From positions 1 to 64,000 of the forward strand of contig CAVTZU010000010.1 of the NCBI GenBank assembly GCA_963739305.1: a stretch of 64,000 nucleotides of DNA, read 5' to 3'. The notes below the pieces were generated by a model. It was not told where the DNA came from, did not search any database, and was given only the letters and a program-made list of their open reading frames with translations. The position numbers and the translations under genes are program-made. Source of the stretch: Candidatus Bathyarchaeota archaeon. Lineage in GTDB: Archaea > Thermoproteota > Bathyarchaeia > Bathyarchaeales > Bathycorpusculaceae. Of the stretch, positions 18,248 to 28,263 are shown piece by piece; position 1 is the stretch's first letter, and every line of letters starts with the position of its first letter.

Positions 18248-18290
18248 ATTTTTTATCCTGACGAATCCTTATCGTTAACGGGGTTGCGTC

Positions 18291-18653
18291 TTGTCTGGGG
18301 ATGCATGGGTGGCTTATTTGCATGAGCTGATCGAGCAGGCAGAGATGAATAAGAAAGCCGGAATCCTGGTGTTCGCTTGTGGAGTCGTTGCTATTGTGCT
18401 GAGTCTCATTTTGGTGGAAACAAGCGTATCGATTTTTGCGTTCTATTCGTTCGGTGTTGGGTTTCCTCTGTTTGTCTTGGGAATCGCAGAAACTGTATAC
18501 TGGACTCGGAAGTACAATCGTTTCGTGGAACAGTTGAAAGGACTTCCATCCAGCAAGATCTCTGCGTGCCCCAGATGTGGCAAACAGATACTGCAGGGAG
18601 ACTTCATGTTTTGCCCTTTTTGCGGTTCTCCTCTAGCTCCTCTTACACCATAG
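18291..18653 (+). CDS. Two-TM membrane protein with C-terminal zinc ribbon
   Basis: Two TM helices, CPRCG...FCPFCG. Confidence 0.8.
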   Translation: MSGDAWVAYLHELIEQAEMNKKAGILVFACGVVAIVLSLILVETSVSIFAFYSFGVGFPLFVLGIAETVYWTRKYNRFVEQLKGLPSSKISACPRCGKQILQGDFMFCPFCGSPLAPLTP

Positions 18654-18662
18654 CGCGCGCTA
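18651..18662. repeat. Perfect palindrome TAGCGCGCGCTA, copy B; supplies the TAG stop of both convergent genes
   Basis: TAG at 18651-18653 (+) and CTA at 18660-18662 (- strand TAG). Confidence 0.85.
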
Positions 18663-19784
18663 GAGACCGAGAAAACTCAGCAGCTGAAGCACCCAGGACC
18701 ACACGAAAGAGCACAGGATGAAAATCACAACTATACCGATCGCCAAAAGTTTCCGCCCAGTTGAAAGTTTCGAAACGTCATCGAGAGGTCCGGGATGCCT
18801 GAACATCGACATGAAAACCACCAGGAAAGCCATAGGCCAGAAGCCTGAAATAATCAGCAACAAGACCGACAAGAAAGCCAAAACCATCCTTGCTCTATCC
18901 CCAAAAAGCGACCTGGAAATGTGACCCCCGTCAAGCATAGAAGCAGGCAATATATTGAGCATCGTGACGATCATCCCGACCCAGCCTGCAAAAGCAACAG
19001 GGTGCAGTAGAATATAGTGGTCGGCGGGAACCCTTAGCAGAAAGATGGCCAGTAGATCAAAGATAAGTGGCGACGGAAGACCAGTAATATTCGACGTCAT
19101 TGGGTAAGTCGGAGAGAACATTAGGCCGACTACCGTCGCTATTAACGCAAGTATGAATCCTACTATTGGACCGCTTGAGCCGATGTCAAACAGCGAATCC
19201 TTGTTAGGCGGAAGAGACTTCTGCATAATCACCGCGCCAAACGTTCCGAACCCCAACAAGTCACCTATCGGCGGTGGGCCTGGAATGAAGTAAGGCGGCG
19301 TCGCATCGATGCCGTTTCTGTTAGCAGTAAGCTTGTGACCCATCTCGTGAGCCCCCAGCACAGTCATTATCGCAACCGTAAACGCTGCAGCTCCGATGAA
19401 CGGACTGGCCATCAACCCCCTGTCAACAAAATCTGCAGAAAGTACGTAGCCGGTGAGAAAAGTTGTTCCGATTGTTGCGAAAAACAACGCCCAATTCACC
19501 AATATATTGCTCGGCTTCACCGGAGGCTTGGGGACAACTCTCAAGACGACTCGATGATCCACCCTGCGCAAGAGAGCGATCAGATTCGTTTCTTCCAATT
19601 CCTTCAATAACCTCAGAAAAGCCTGTTTCGTTTCCTGCGGCTGCCTCAAATAAAACGTTGGAATTCCTTGCTCCAACGCAGCTTCTTCTGTCTGAAACTG
19701 GGAAGACACGATTTGAGAAATCCTCACGAATTCGGCTTCCTGAAAGAAAGGCGCTTGAACTCTTTCGTCCGATGTTTCTGCCAT
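18660..19784 (-). CDS. Site-2 protease (M50 family)
   Basis: HEMGH, PYFIP, GTFGAVI, SGP, NILPASMLDGGH. Confidence 0.95.
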   Translation of the reverse strand: MAETSDERVQAPFFQEAEFVRISQIVSSQFQTEEAALEQGIPTFYLRQPQETKQAFLRLLKELEETNLIALLRRVDHRVVLRVVPKPPVKPSNILVNWALFFATIGTTFLTGYVLSADFVDRGLMASPFIGAAAFTVAIMTVLGAHEMGHKLTANRNGIDATPPYFIPGPPPIGDLLGFGTFGAVIMQKSLPPNKDSLFDIGSSGPIVGFILALIATVVGLMFSPTYPMTSNITGLPSPLIFDLLAIFLLRVPADHYILLHPVAFAGWVGMIVTMLNILPASMLDGGHISRSLFGDRARMVLAFLSVLLLIISGFWPMAFLVVFMSMFRHPGPLDDVSKLSTGRKLLAIGIVVIFILCSFVWSWVLQLLSFLGL

Positions 19785-19999
19785 TGTGCTTTTGGCCCCA
19801 GTTTTGATGCGTTAGCAGAGTGTTCAGCCAATAGAAAAGGCTATTGGAACTGTCTTCGATCCGTGAAAGGCCGCCCGCCGACAACAGTCTTCTGCGTGTG
19901 GCGAATTCTGACATCTTCAACTGACTGCGTGGAAATCATCGAAAGAATTATAAAAAGAGGACAAGCTTACTCATTACTGATCTTGGCAGTTGAAAACGG

Positions 20000-21148
20000 A
20001 TGAATTTCACGCTTGCATGCGACATCATGATGGACCTAGAAGGGTCCATTCGTCCGGCAATTTACCTGGCTGACGAGCTGAATGCGAGAGGACACGACGT
20101 TTCCATAATATCTCCTATGATGTCAAATGATGTCGAAGAACAGCTCAAGACAGCGGGCATGACACCCATCAACTTGCACGCGAAGCTAGCTGCCAAGAGC
20201 TTCGGCCTTTCTATGTTATGGTTTGAAACCTGGTCACGTGAAGCTTTCCTAAGACTGAATTCCAGACACGCAGTCAACGCTTCTTCACTGACCTTGAATT
20301 TCTCACAAGTGATCGCGATTCCTTGCGCAGTATGGTACTTGCAAGGGCCGCCATCAATAGCGTTGGAAGACATGAATAGAGAACTCTCACCTAAGTTCAA
20401 AATTGCTTACAAGGTCTTGAAGCCGTTCATAGAATACGCTGACGGTAAACTTGTCAGACGGATGGGTAACGTCTCATTATCGGTCATTGCCAACTCAAAA
20501 TTCTGCGCGTCGATGTACGCTGGCTTCGGCATCAGAGTCTCTGACGTTGTTTATCCTCCGATAAACTGCCAGCAGTTTTGTCCAGCAACCTCAAAACCAT
20601 CTGCGGACTACGTATTCACGTATTTTGGAAAAGAAACAGAATTCTCGGTCGTAAAACACATAGCAGATAGTGGTATCAAGATCAAAGCTTTCGGTTCGAA
20701 GACACCTTACATCGAGAAAAATCTAATGAGAAACCCCAACATCGAATTTCTGGGAAGAGTTACCACGAGTGAGCTGGTAGATCTCTATTCGAACGCACTT
20801 TTCACACTGTTCCCATTCACCCACGAGCCTTTTGGTTATATACCTTTGGAAAGCATGGCTTGTGGAACGCCAGTTCTCACTTACGGTGTCCAAGGTCCGA
20901 GCGAATGCGTAATTGACGGATATACAGGCTGGCTCGCACGCTCGGAAAAAGAAATTGAAAACAAGGCCACTACGTACTGGAAGGATGGATTCAATTCTTC
21001 GATGCGGCGTAGCTGCGTGAGAGAAGCAACAAAGTACGATCGTAGATATTATACGGCCAAGTGGTTGAAGATTCTCGAAGAACCAAGTAATGACCCGCAA
21101 CTCGTGTGTCCAAGCGCAAACGTTCAAACTGTAGCAGTATCCGAATAG
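20000..21148 (+). CDS. Glycosyltransferase family 4
   Basis: IANSKF, VYPPI, HEPFGYIPLESMACGTPV. Confidence 0.92.
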   Translation: MNFTLACDIMMDLEGSIRPAIYLADELNARGHDVSIISPMMSNDVEEQLKTAGMTPINLHAKLAAKSFGLSMLWFETWSREAFLRLNSRHAVNASSLTLNFSQVIAIPCAVWYLQGPPSIALEDMNRELSPKFKIAYKVLKPFIEYADGKLVRRMGNVSLSVIANSKFCASMYAGFGIRVSDVVYPPINCQQFCPATSKPSADYVFTYFGKETEFSVVKHIADSGIKIKAFGSKTPYIEKNLMRNPNIEFLGRVTTSELVDLYSNALFTLFPFTHEPFGYIPLESMACGTPVLTYGVQGPSECVIDGYTGWLARSEKEIENKATTYWKDGFNSSMRRSCVREATKYDRRYYTAKWLKILEEPSNDPQLVCPSANVQTVAVSE

Positions 21149-21194
21149 AATATTAGCATATTATTCCGCATTGAATATTCTAGGAAGATGAATT

Positions 21195-23133
21195 ATGACG
21201 AGCCGTGGACCCAAAGTGCGTCTCAAGGAATTCCTTCACAATCGGGGTTCACGCTTGAGAACACTGACGAAGTACGAGAGAATATTGATCGTTGCGATAC
21301 TTGTTTACATTGTCGTTCTTTCAACGATAACGTCTATCAAGTTCTACTGTTTCAGAACCCAAACTTTTGACTTTGGAATCTTCGTCCAGATCTCATGGCA
21401 GACGTTGAACGGAAACTTCATGTTTACTCAACCCAGAGCAGGGATCAACCAGCCCACCAGTTTTCTGGGCGTACACGTGTCACCTTTCCTCTTAATAGTG
21501 ATTTTCCTGTATGCACTTGTCAGAAGCCCCTACACGTTGCTCGTGATTCAGACAGCTGCTTTTGGATTCACTGCGCTCTTCATCTACAAACTCGGAAAAA
21601 AGATTATCGGAAAGGAGAAGATCGCGTTGCTTTTTGCAGTCGGTTTTCTACTCTACCCGGGGACTCTGTGGCCAAATTGGTATGACTTTCATCTCGAGGC
21701 TTTCGTACCTCTTTTTTCAGCAATGATTTTCTATTACTACTTTTCCAACAACAAAGTCGGAGTAGTTTTATCGATGATTCTATTGCTGTCAACCTTCGAA
21801 AGAGCCGTGTTCATAGTGGCTCTCTTTCTTTTCTACATTGCCGCAAGGGAAATCTACTTGAAGAAGAAAAAGGAAGACACGAAGTTCTTTTCCAGATGGA
21901 TGATTCTGACGCTGCTGATCGTTGGTGTCATCTGTGCAGCTTATTTCCTATGGTCCGAAAATCTGATGAACAGTGTTTGGCCTGAAAGAGGACTTTTCCA
22001 GCCACTGAATATCTTCGGTCAGGTGACTTACAATGATATGCTTCTCAAAATAGCGTACGTAGCTCTACTAACGGCGCCCCTAGCCTTCTTGTCTTTTGAT
22101 TCACCGTTGGAACTCTTGCCTGCGGTTCCATATCTGTTTTTGGCGATGGTTTCAGACTATCAGCCCTATTTCACCATTCCATGGCAGTATCCAGCGCTAA
22201 TCTCCGTTCCATTCTTTGTTTCGGCGATTTTCGGATGGAAACATCAAGAAAGAAAGGGTCTTTGGAAGAAAATGGTCGCGCTTATGCTTGTATGCGTTGT
22301 TCTGTTTAGTCCTGGATCTCCATTCATGTCGCTTTTCAGTTCGAACTGGACTGTTCCAGTACCGACGTTGGAATATCAACTTAGACATCAGGCTCTTGCA
22401 AGCGTCGCTGGAACTGCTAGTGTGTTGGCTCAGGAGAACATCTTTCCCAACATAGCTGAACGAAAAGTGGCTTATACTCTTTGGCCAAACAATAGTGCAC
22501 CGCCTGACTATATCATTGTAGATGTTTTGGACACACTTTTCTACCGCGAGCCTGGAGGAAATCCAACGCAAGAAGCGTTGCTGACGTTCACACAACAGAA
22601 CGCGTACGGCATAGTAGAAATCGTGAACGGCTTCATCATATTGAAGAAAGACTACAATGGACCGAGAGAAGTCTTGATGCCTCTGCAAATATCTCTTGAA
22701 CCTACACAGTTAAGAAAGCCAGTAGTGTCTTTCGAAGACACTTTCACCGAGACCCACTTCCACATATCAGACTCGGTGGGAATCGAAGGAGATCACATCG
22801 TCATAGGCAAAAACACAACTGGAGACGCTTGGTGGGGTCCGTACATCACTGTTCCACCTGGAAAGTACCGGGTTGAAGTGGACTATACGATAAACGACAA
22901 TGTTTCAGGACCATTTCTTGATTTGACCGCTTGCTACCGTAGTTCTCCTCAAAGCGTAACGGTCTTCGCCAAGAAAACGGTTCTGGGAAGTGAGATCGCT
23001 GCTGGTCAGAAGGGCGTTGCGGTTATGGATTTTGAGCTCGAAGAACTGGGTGCCATCACTCGAAATTGTGGGCACGAGTTACGGGAAAGCAGACGTCAGT
23101 GTCTACTCAGTGAAGTTTGAGGAAATCGATTGA
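21195..23133 (+). CDS. DUF2079-like multi-pass membrane protein (putative GT-C); probable frameshift ~23041 near the C-terminus
   Basis: FDFGIFVQ, GVHVSP, YDFH, WQY; ORF track ends 23120, but the +1 frame continues KNWVPSLEIVG...FEEID* to 23133, overlapping the next TTG. Confidence 0.8.
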
Positions 23134-23996
23134 GAGTTCTGGTTTTTATTCCGAGTTACAATGACACTGAGACGGCGCTTAATATTGCTAAACAATTCCT
23201 TGATGAAGAGGGTGTGAGTGGAGTTCTATTAGTTGACGATAGCGACGATTCGAAATGTGTTGAAATCGCTCGGCAGATCAGGAACGAGAATATAGAAGTC
23301 ATTTCCAGAGTCCGAGCTGGAAAATGGTCCGCTTGGAAACTCGCCTTGACACGTGCAAAAGAGTATGACGGACTGATAGAAGTCGACTCAGACGTCGAAA
23401 TCAGAGATCCTGCTCTTGTCATTTCAAGCCTAAAAAGCCACGATTTAGTGACTGCGTATCAGGAAATCGTGTTGCCCGATAAAGGTCTAGGCAAAGCGGT
23501 GGGAAAAGCCTACCAGAAAATGCATCAAGATCTCAAAGCAATGAGAAGATTCAACATGGGAGGTCAAGTCATCGGTTTGTCGAACAAAGCTGTGTCAACA
23601 CTGCTGCACTACAAGTTTTTCGAAGAACCTGTGTTGGCGGACGATCACGTTATTGGCCTGGCTGGCCGGGTCTTGGGACTGAGATGTACGACGATAGATT
23701 GCGGACTAGAGATAGGTATACCTTCGACAATTAGTGATTGGATTAGCTACAGATCGAGGCATCGCGGGGCGATCAATTGGGCGGAAAGATACGTGGCATC
23801 AAAAACTGGTAAAGCAGAGGAGACTGCTGACGCTTCCCGAGCGGACTATGCGTTTGCTCTGCGATATTTCATTAAGGACTTCTTGAAGTCTCTCAACGTC
23901 GGCGGCCTACCGCTACTCGCTCTCTTCGCCATAGCCTCTATTCTGCCTCTTGAAAACCAAACGGAATGGTCCCGGCTCAAAAGCGAAAAAACCTAG
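23130..23996 (+). CDS. Glycosyltransferase family 2
   Basis: VFIPSYND, LLVDDSDD, GKWSAW, VDSD, ADD, RSRH. Confidence 0.85.
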   Translation: MRVLVFIPSYNDTETALNIAKQFLDEEGVSGVLLVDDSDDSKCVEIARQIRNENIEVISRVRAGKWSAWKLALTRAKEYDGLIEVDSDVEIRDPALVISSLKSHDLVTAYQEIVLPDKGLGKAVGKAYQKMHQDLKAMRRFNMGGQVIGLSNKAVSTLLHYKFFEEPVLADDHVIGLAGRVLGLRCTTIDCGLEIGIPSTISDWISYRSRHRGAINWAERYVASKTGKAEETADASRADYAFALRYFIKDFLKSLNVGGLPLLALFAIASILPLENQTEWSRLKSEKT

Positions 23997-24093
23997 TTTG
24001 AACCACGCAATTGGAAAGAGAATATTAACTTCCACCAACTATCTGATGGACTCAGTTTGGGAATGCTTGACTGGGATCGTGTGGTGGATCGGT

Positions 24094-25188
24094 TTGAAAA
24101 TCACTTTTATAACAGATCCTCTCGTGACCACCGCAGGGGCAGTCAGGCCGAGTTTACTGCTCGCAAAAGAATTCGCTAAGAATGGGTATGAAGTGACGTT
24201 TGCCGCGCCCCAAATAGATCAGGAAATTGAAAAGATACTGCGGAAACAGGGATTTGGTCGCAGACGTGTTGGCTCAGACTTCTCCTTTATTCCGTCCATT
24301 CCGACTTTTGATGCATGGGCACGACAATTGATACGACAGAAGACCATCAAGAGAATAAGTGACGCAGAGTTGGTGGTCAACACCTCTTCATGCATCATCA
24401 CACCTGCAAACGCATACTATGCTCAAGGCCCCATGACGCAAGCCCTCAGAGACATTTCACGCAACATGCCAGCGCATTACCGGTGTGTCTACAAGCTATT
24501 TGCTCGCCCTTTCAATGTGCTGGAAAATCGACTTGTCAAAAAGTTCAAAAACTCTTCCAGAGTCTTCGTAGCCAATTCTGCATTCTGCGCATCGATGTAT
24601 GAAAATTTAGACGTGTCTGTCGACATCGTTATTTATCCTCCTCTCGACTGTACATTGTTCAGACCATCAACCGAGAAGCCTTCGGCGGATTATGTTCTGA
24701 CCCATCTTGGGATTTACGGCAAAGAAGGAGATTTCCGAATCGTCAAAGCCATTGCTGACGCTGGTGTTCAGGTGAAAGTGTTTGGAAGAACAGCCTTCAC
24801 CCCCGGTTTCTTGAGAAACCACAAGAATCTGGATTTTCTTGGAAGGGTTTCTGATCGTGAACTCGTGGAATTGTACTCAAATGCTTTGTACACTTTGTTC
24901 GCTTTCAGCCATGAACCATTCGGATACATTCCGATAGAGAGCAACGCATGCGGGACACCAGTTGTCACTTATGACAAGCAAGGTCCCTGTGAAACTGTAG
25001 TCAACATGAAAACGGGATGGCAGGAACACACAGATCAGCAACTGGTGCGCCGAGCTCTGAATCTGTGGAAGAACAAGTATCCATCGCGTTTGCGAACTGA
25101 ATGCAGGAACAGAGCACTGACGTTTGACGCGTCAAAAATAGCGAAGAAGTGGTTCACGTTGCTAAACGAGCAAAAGATAAGCGAATGA
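24094..25188 (+). CDS. Glycosyltransferase family 4 (paralog of 20000..21148)
   Basis: VANSAFCASMY, HEPFGYIPIESNACGTPV; likely TTG start at 24094 (ORF track 23950). Confidence 0.9.
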   Translation: MKITFITDPLVTTAGAVRPSLLLAKEFAKNGYEVTFAAPQIDQEIEKILRKQGFGRRRVGSDFSFIPSIPTFDAWARQLIRQKTIKRISDAELVVNTSSCIITPANAYYAQGPMTQALRDISRNMPAHYRCVYKLFARPFNVLENRLVKKFKNSSRVFVANSAFCASMYENLDVSVDIVIYPPLDCTLFRPSTEKPSADYVLTHLGIYGKEGDFRIVKAIADAGVQVKVFGRTAFTPGFLRNHKNLDFLGRVSDRELVELYSNALYTLFAFSHEPFGYIPIESNACGTPVVTYDKQGPCETVVNMKTGWQEHTDQQLVRRALNLWKNKYPSRLRTECRNRALTFDASKIAKKWFTLLNEQKISE

Positions 25189-25218
25189 AGCAAAAGTGGC
25201 TAAACGGAGCTCCTTGAA

Positions 25219-25230
25219 TCGCGCGCGCGA
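25219..25230. repeat. Perfect palindrome TCGCGCGCGCGA between convergent genes
   Basis: Seen directly; member of the dispersed (CG)n family. Confidence 0.7.
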
Positions 25231-25307
25231 ATCTCCATGATTTTGTCGTTACTTGTTTTCAAGTCAAAAACCTCTCTCCCCACGCTCTCCAAAAACGGAG
25301 AAGGTAA

Positions 25308-26465
25308 TTACAGAAACTCGGAATATAACAGATGATATTTTTTTGCCACGATCTGCCAAGAGAAGCGTTCCAGGATCGTTTCCCTCGCTCTTTCACCCAT
25401 TCTTCGTCGAGCATTTTCATCATTTGCAAGCAGAAGAATTTTTTCAGCAAGCGCTTTCGCATTGCCTGGAGGGACGAGCATGCCATTAATACCGTTTTGG
25501 ATGATTTCGGTTGGTCCTCCTATTTTGCTCGCAATCACGGGCTTGGAACATGCCATCGCTTCGATCAATCCCTTTCCAAGTGGTTCTCCCAGAGACGGGA
25601 AGCAGAAAATGTCACAGTTTTGATACTGTTTCGGCATGTCCGCGTAAGGTATGACTCCCAGAAAAACGACGTCTTTCTCTATGCCCAGTTTTTGTGCCAG
25701 GGAAACAAGTTCTTGTTTTTGTGCGCCTTCCCCAGCTATCTTCAGCTTGATTTTTAAACCGAGTTTTTCAGCCTCAGCCACAGCCTCAACCAAACAAGCA
25801 ACACCCTTCAGCGGATATAACCAACCTGCATATAGTAACGAGAGTTGGTCCTGCTTTCGATCCTGCTGCCCTGGTCTGAACACTTCAGCGTCAATTCCGA
25901 AAGGGATTACTGATATCTTTTCCTGACCAATCAGTTTTGAATAAAGGCCTTTAACTTGGTTGCTTATGGCGATTATCCTATCGCATTTCTGAATCGTTTT
26001 CTTGTGCAGTCTCGATGTCAGAGGCACCAATACCTTCTCATTCAACGGCCGCTCAAAGTAATGTGAAGAAAGCGGCCCAAAAACAAAAGGTTGTCTGAAA
26101 TAGCCTCCCATCATAGCCAATGGACTGAAGGTGTAATTGAACACTGCTGGAAGCATGTGATGTATAATATCGATTTTTTCCGTCCTCAGAATTTTCCTGG
26201 CCGTGATGAATCCTCTTGTCAGAAACTCGGTGTGAAAAATGTATTTGTATAGACCGGGGCTGGTCGGTGACAGTTTGAACGTGCCAACTTGATGGAATTC
26301 AACGTTGTCTAATTCTTCCTGTATTCGGATGTACGGGGACAATGCGATAAACTCGTACCCATACTTCGACAGATGCTTGAACAGATTGTAGCAGTGAGTG
26401 CCTTCGCTCGTCAGAAGATAGTCCGATAGAATGTAGGATGCCGAGGATACCAGAATCTTCGCCAT
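25308..26465 (-). CDS. Glycosyltransferase family 4
   Basis: KGV, EPLGKGLIEAMACSKPVI, FSW; start MAKILV. Confidence 0.92.
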   Translation of the reverse strand: MAKILVSSASYILSDYLLTSEGTHCYNLFKHLSKYGYEFIALSPYIRIQEELDNVEFHQVGTFKLSPTSPGLYKYIFHTEFLTRGFITARKILRTEKIDIIHHMLPAVFNYTFSPLAMMGGYFRQPFVFGPLSSHYFERPLNEKVLVPLTSRLHKKTIQKCDRIIAISNQVKGLYSKLIGQEKISVIPFGIDAEVFRPGQQDRKQDQLSLLYAGWLYPLKGVACLVEAVAEAEKLGLKIKLKIAGEGAQKQELVSLAQKLGIEKDVVFLGVIPYADMPKQYQNCDIFCFPSLGEPLGKGLIEAMACSKPVIASKIGGPTEIIQNGINGMLVPPGNAKALAEKILLLANDENARRRMGERARETILERFSWQIVAKKYHLLYSEFL

Positions 26466-26668
26466 GCTGCCCGCCACTACTTGAATGGAGGCGAGCATTT
26501 AGGCCTTATGTGTCTGCAAAACAGTCACAAGCACCTGATCTATACTAGACACCATCCACCCGCTGATGAAAATTGTCAAAGATGTTTCAAGAGATGGACA
26601 ATCTAAGCTGGAGGGACAAAATTCAGCTTCTTGCAGGTCAATGGAGAATGAAAGGGAAGGTGGTCAAC

Positions 26669-28135
26669 TCAGGAAGCGATCTGCTTTTCTTCAGACCGTC
26701 GCAAGAGGATTCTTGACTTTTTTGCTACAAGGATCATCACCGCGATAATGAGTGCGAGCATGACTCCGATCAGAACTTCAAGGTTGTTCAGTGTTTCATT
26801 TAGCTCATTCTGCTGCGTAGCCAATGCACTGTATTTACTCAACAGGCTCGTGAAGTCGGATTCAAGTGCCTCATACTGGAGTTTTAGATCGCTATACCTG
26901 AATTGCAGATCTGTGAGATTCGAAGTGAATGAGTTGCAGTTCATCTGTAAAACATTGTACGTGTTCTGTAGTTGGGTGAAGCTCAAGTTAAGCGCGTTAT
27001 ATTGGCGCGTTAGATCAACATGGTAGGCTTGCAAGGATGCATAGTTCGAGTTCAAAGTGTCAAATCTCGAGCTCAGTGAGGTGAAGTTGCTACTTAGAAT
27101 GTCGAAGCTTGCCTGAAGATCGTTGTAACTGGACTGCAGAGAAGTGTAGTTTTCCTGAAGAACTTGATAATCAAAGAAATACTGTTGATAAAGGGAACTC
27201 AACGTTGTGTACTCATATGTCTTTGTAAATGGTGACAGTTCACTTGTTCCATCTGTGATGTGGGGTTCGATTTCTGATCTCTCGTGGTATTCGTTCCAGC
27301 TGTAAATCGCAATGATGCTGACATTTCCTCCTTGTTTGAGTGCCCATGTCCACTGCCTGTCATACAAGCCTTCAGAATAGTTGCCATCAAAGGTGCTGTT
27401 TCGACCTATGTGACTGTCATCGTATCTCGGTTCTATGCAGGTGAAACCGTCTTTCGATAGCTTGGGAAGAGTGATGGGATAGTCTTCGGCATCTACGCTG
27501 GAGGGTCTCCAAGCATACCAGTCAACGTAGTCGTGTTGACCTATGATTCGCGACGTGAACCTGCTGTCGTTTCCTATTTTGTTCCTGCTTTCTGAGGTAT
27601 TTGTCATATCGGAATTCCACCAACAGACTAGGGGTCTGCCGTTTAGCTCGAAGAATTCACTCTCATATCGCAGAGCATAGTTATCATATATGTAATCGTA
27701 GATTGCTGTGAAATCATAGATTCCACTTTGATTGAAGTCCTCAACCATCAAAGTGATTTTGATCGGCGAATTTGTCTCGTTGATCAGGTCTAAGACCATT
27801 CGTGTGGCAGTGTCTGCAAATTGATATCCTTGCAGTGTATCCGATCCCCACCATGAAATGATGAGGAAGTCGACGCCGAGTTCTTCAAACCATTTCAGGT
27901 GTTGTTTGATTATGCTGGGATCAGACGAATTGTAGAAACCAAGGAGGGGTGTGTCGACCACGGTCCAGCCGAGAGAACTGTTCCAGTGTCCATTTCCTAA
28001 GCCGCCTTCGTACCAAACATAGTAGAACAGTCCGACTTTGACCTTCGAAGCAGAACAGTAACTTGCTTTGACCGAAACAAGACCAGTAGCGATTATCAAT
28101 ATGAAAACAACAATAAGTGAATGTCTCTTGTTCAT
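26669..28135 (-). CDS. Secreted GH99-like glycoside hydrolase with coiled-coil stalk and C-terminal TM anchor
   Basis: FYYVWY, PLLGFYNSSD, IISWWG, YSWNEYHERSEIEP; about 140 aa of heptads; TM plus basic tail. Confidence 0.8.
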   Translation of the reverse strand: MNKRHSLIVVFILIIATGLVSVKASYCSASKVKVGLFYYVWYEGGLGNGHWNSSLGWTVVDTPLLGFYNSSDPSIIKQHLKWFEELGVDFLIISWWGSDTLQGYQFADTATRMVLDLINETNSPIKITLMVEDFNQSGIYDFTAIYDYIYDNYALRYESEFFELNGRPLVCWWNSDMTNTSESRNKIGNDSRFTSRIIGQHDYVDWYAWRPSSVDAEDYPITLPKLSKDGFTCIEPRYDDSHIGRNSTFDGNYSEGLYDRQWTWALKQGGNVSIIAIYSWNEYHERSEIEPHITDGTSELSPFTKTYEYTTLSSLYQQYFFDYQVLQENYTSLQSSYNDLQASFDILSSNFTSLSSRFDTLNSNYASLQAYHVDLTRQYNALNLSFTQLQNTYNVLQMNCNSFTSNLTDLQFRYSDLKLQYEALESDFTSLLSKYSALATQQNELNETLNNLEVLIGVMLALIIAVMILVAKKSRILLRRSEEKQIAS

Positions 28136-28263
28136 ACTAGATCAATCATCGTTGTTACCTTCAGTTTTTATGGCTTCCGCAAAGCCTTCACATGCGATAC
28201 TCTTGAGACAGTTCGACCATTCGATCAAAATATTTAATTGTGAAACGCTAAGGTGTATAACCT

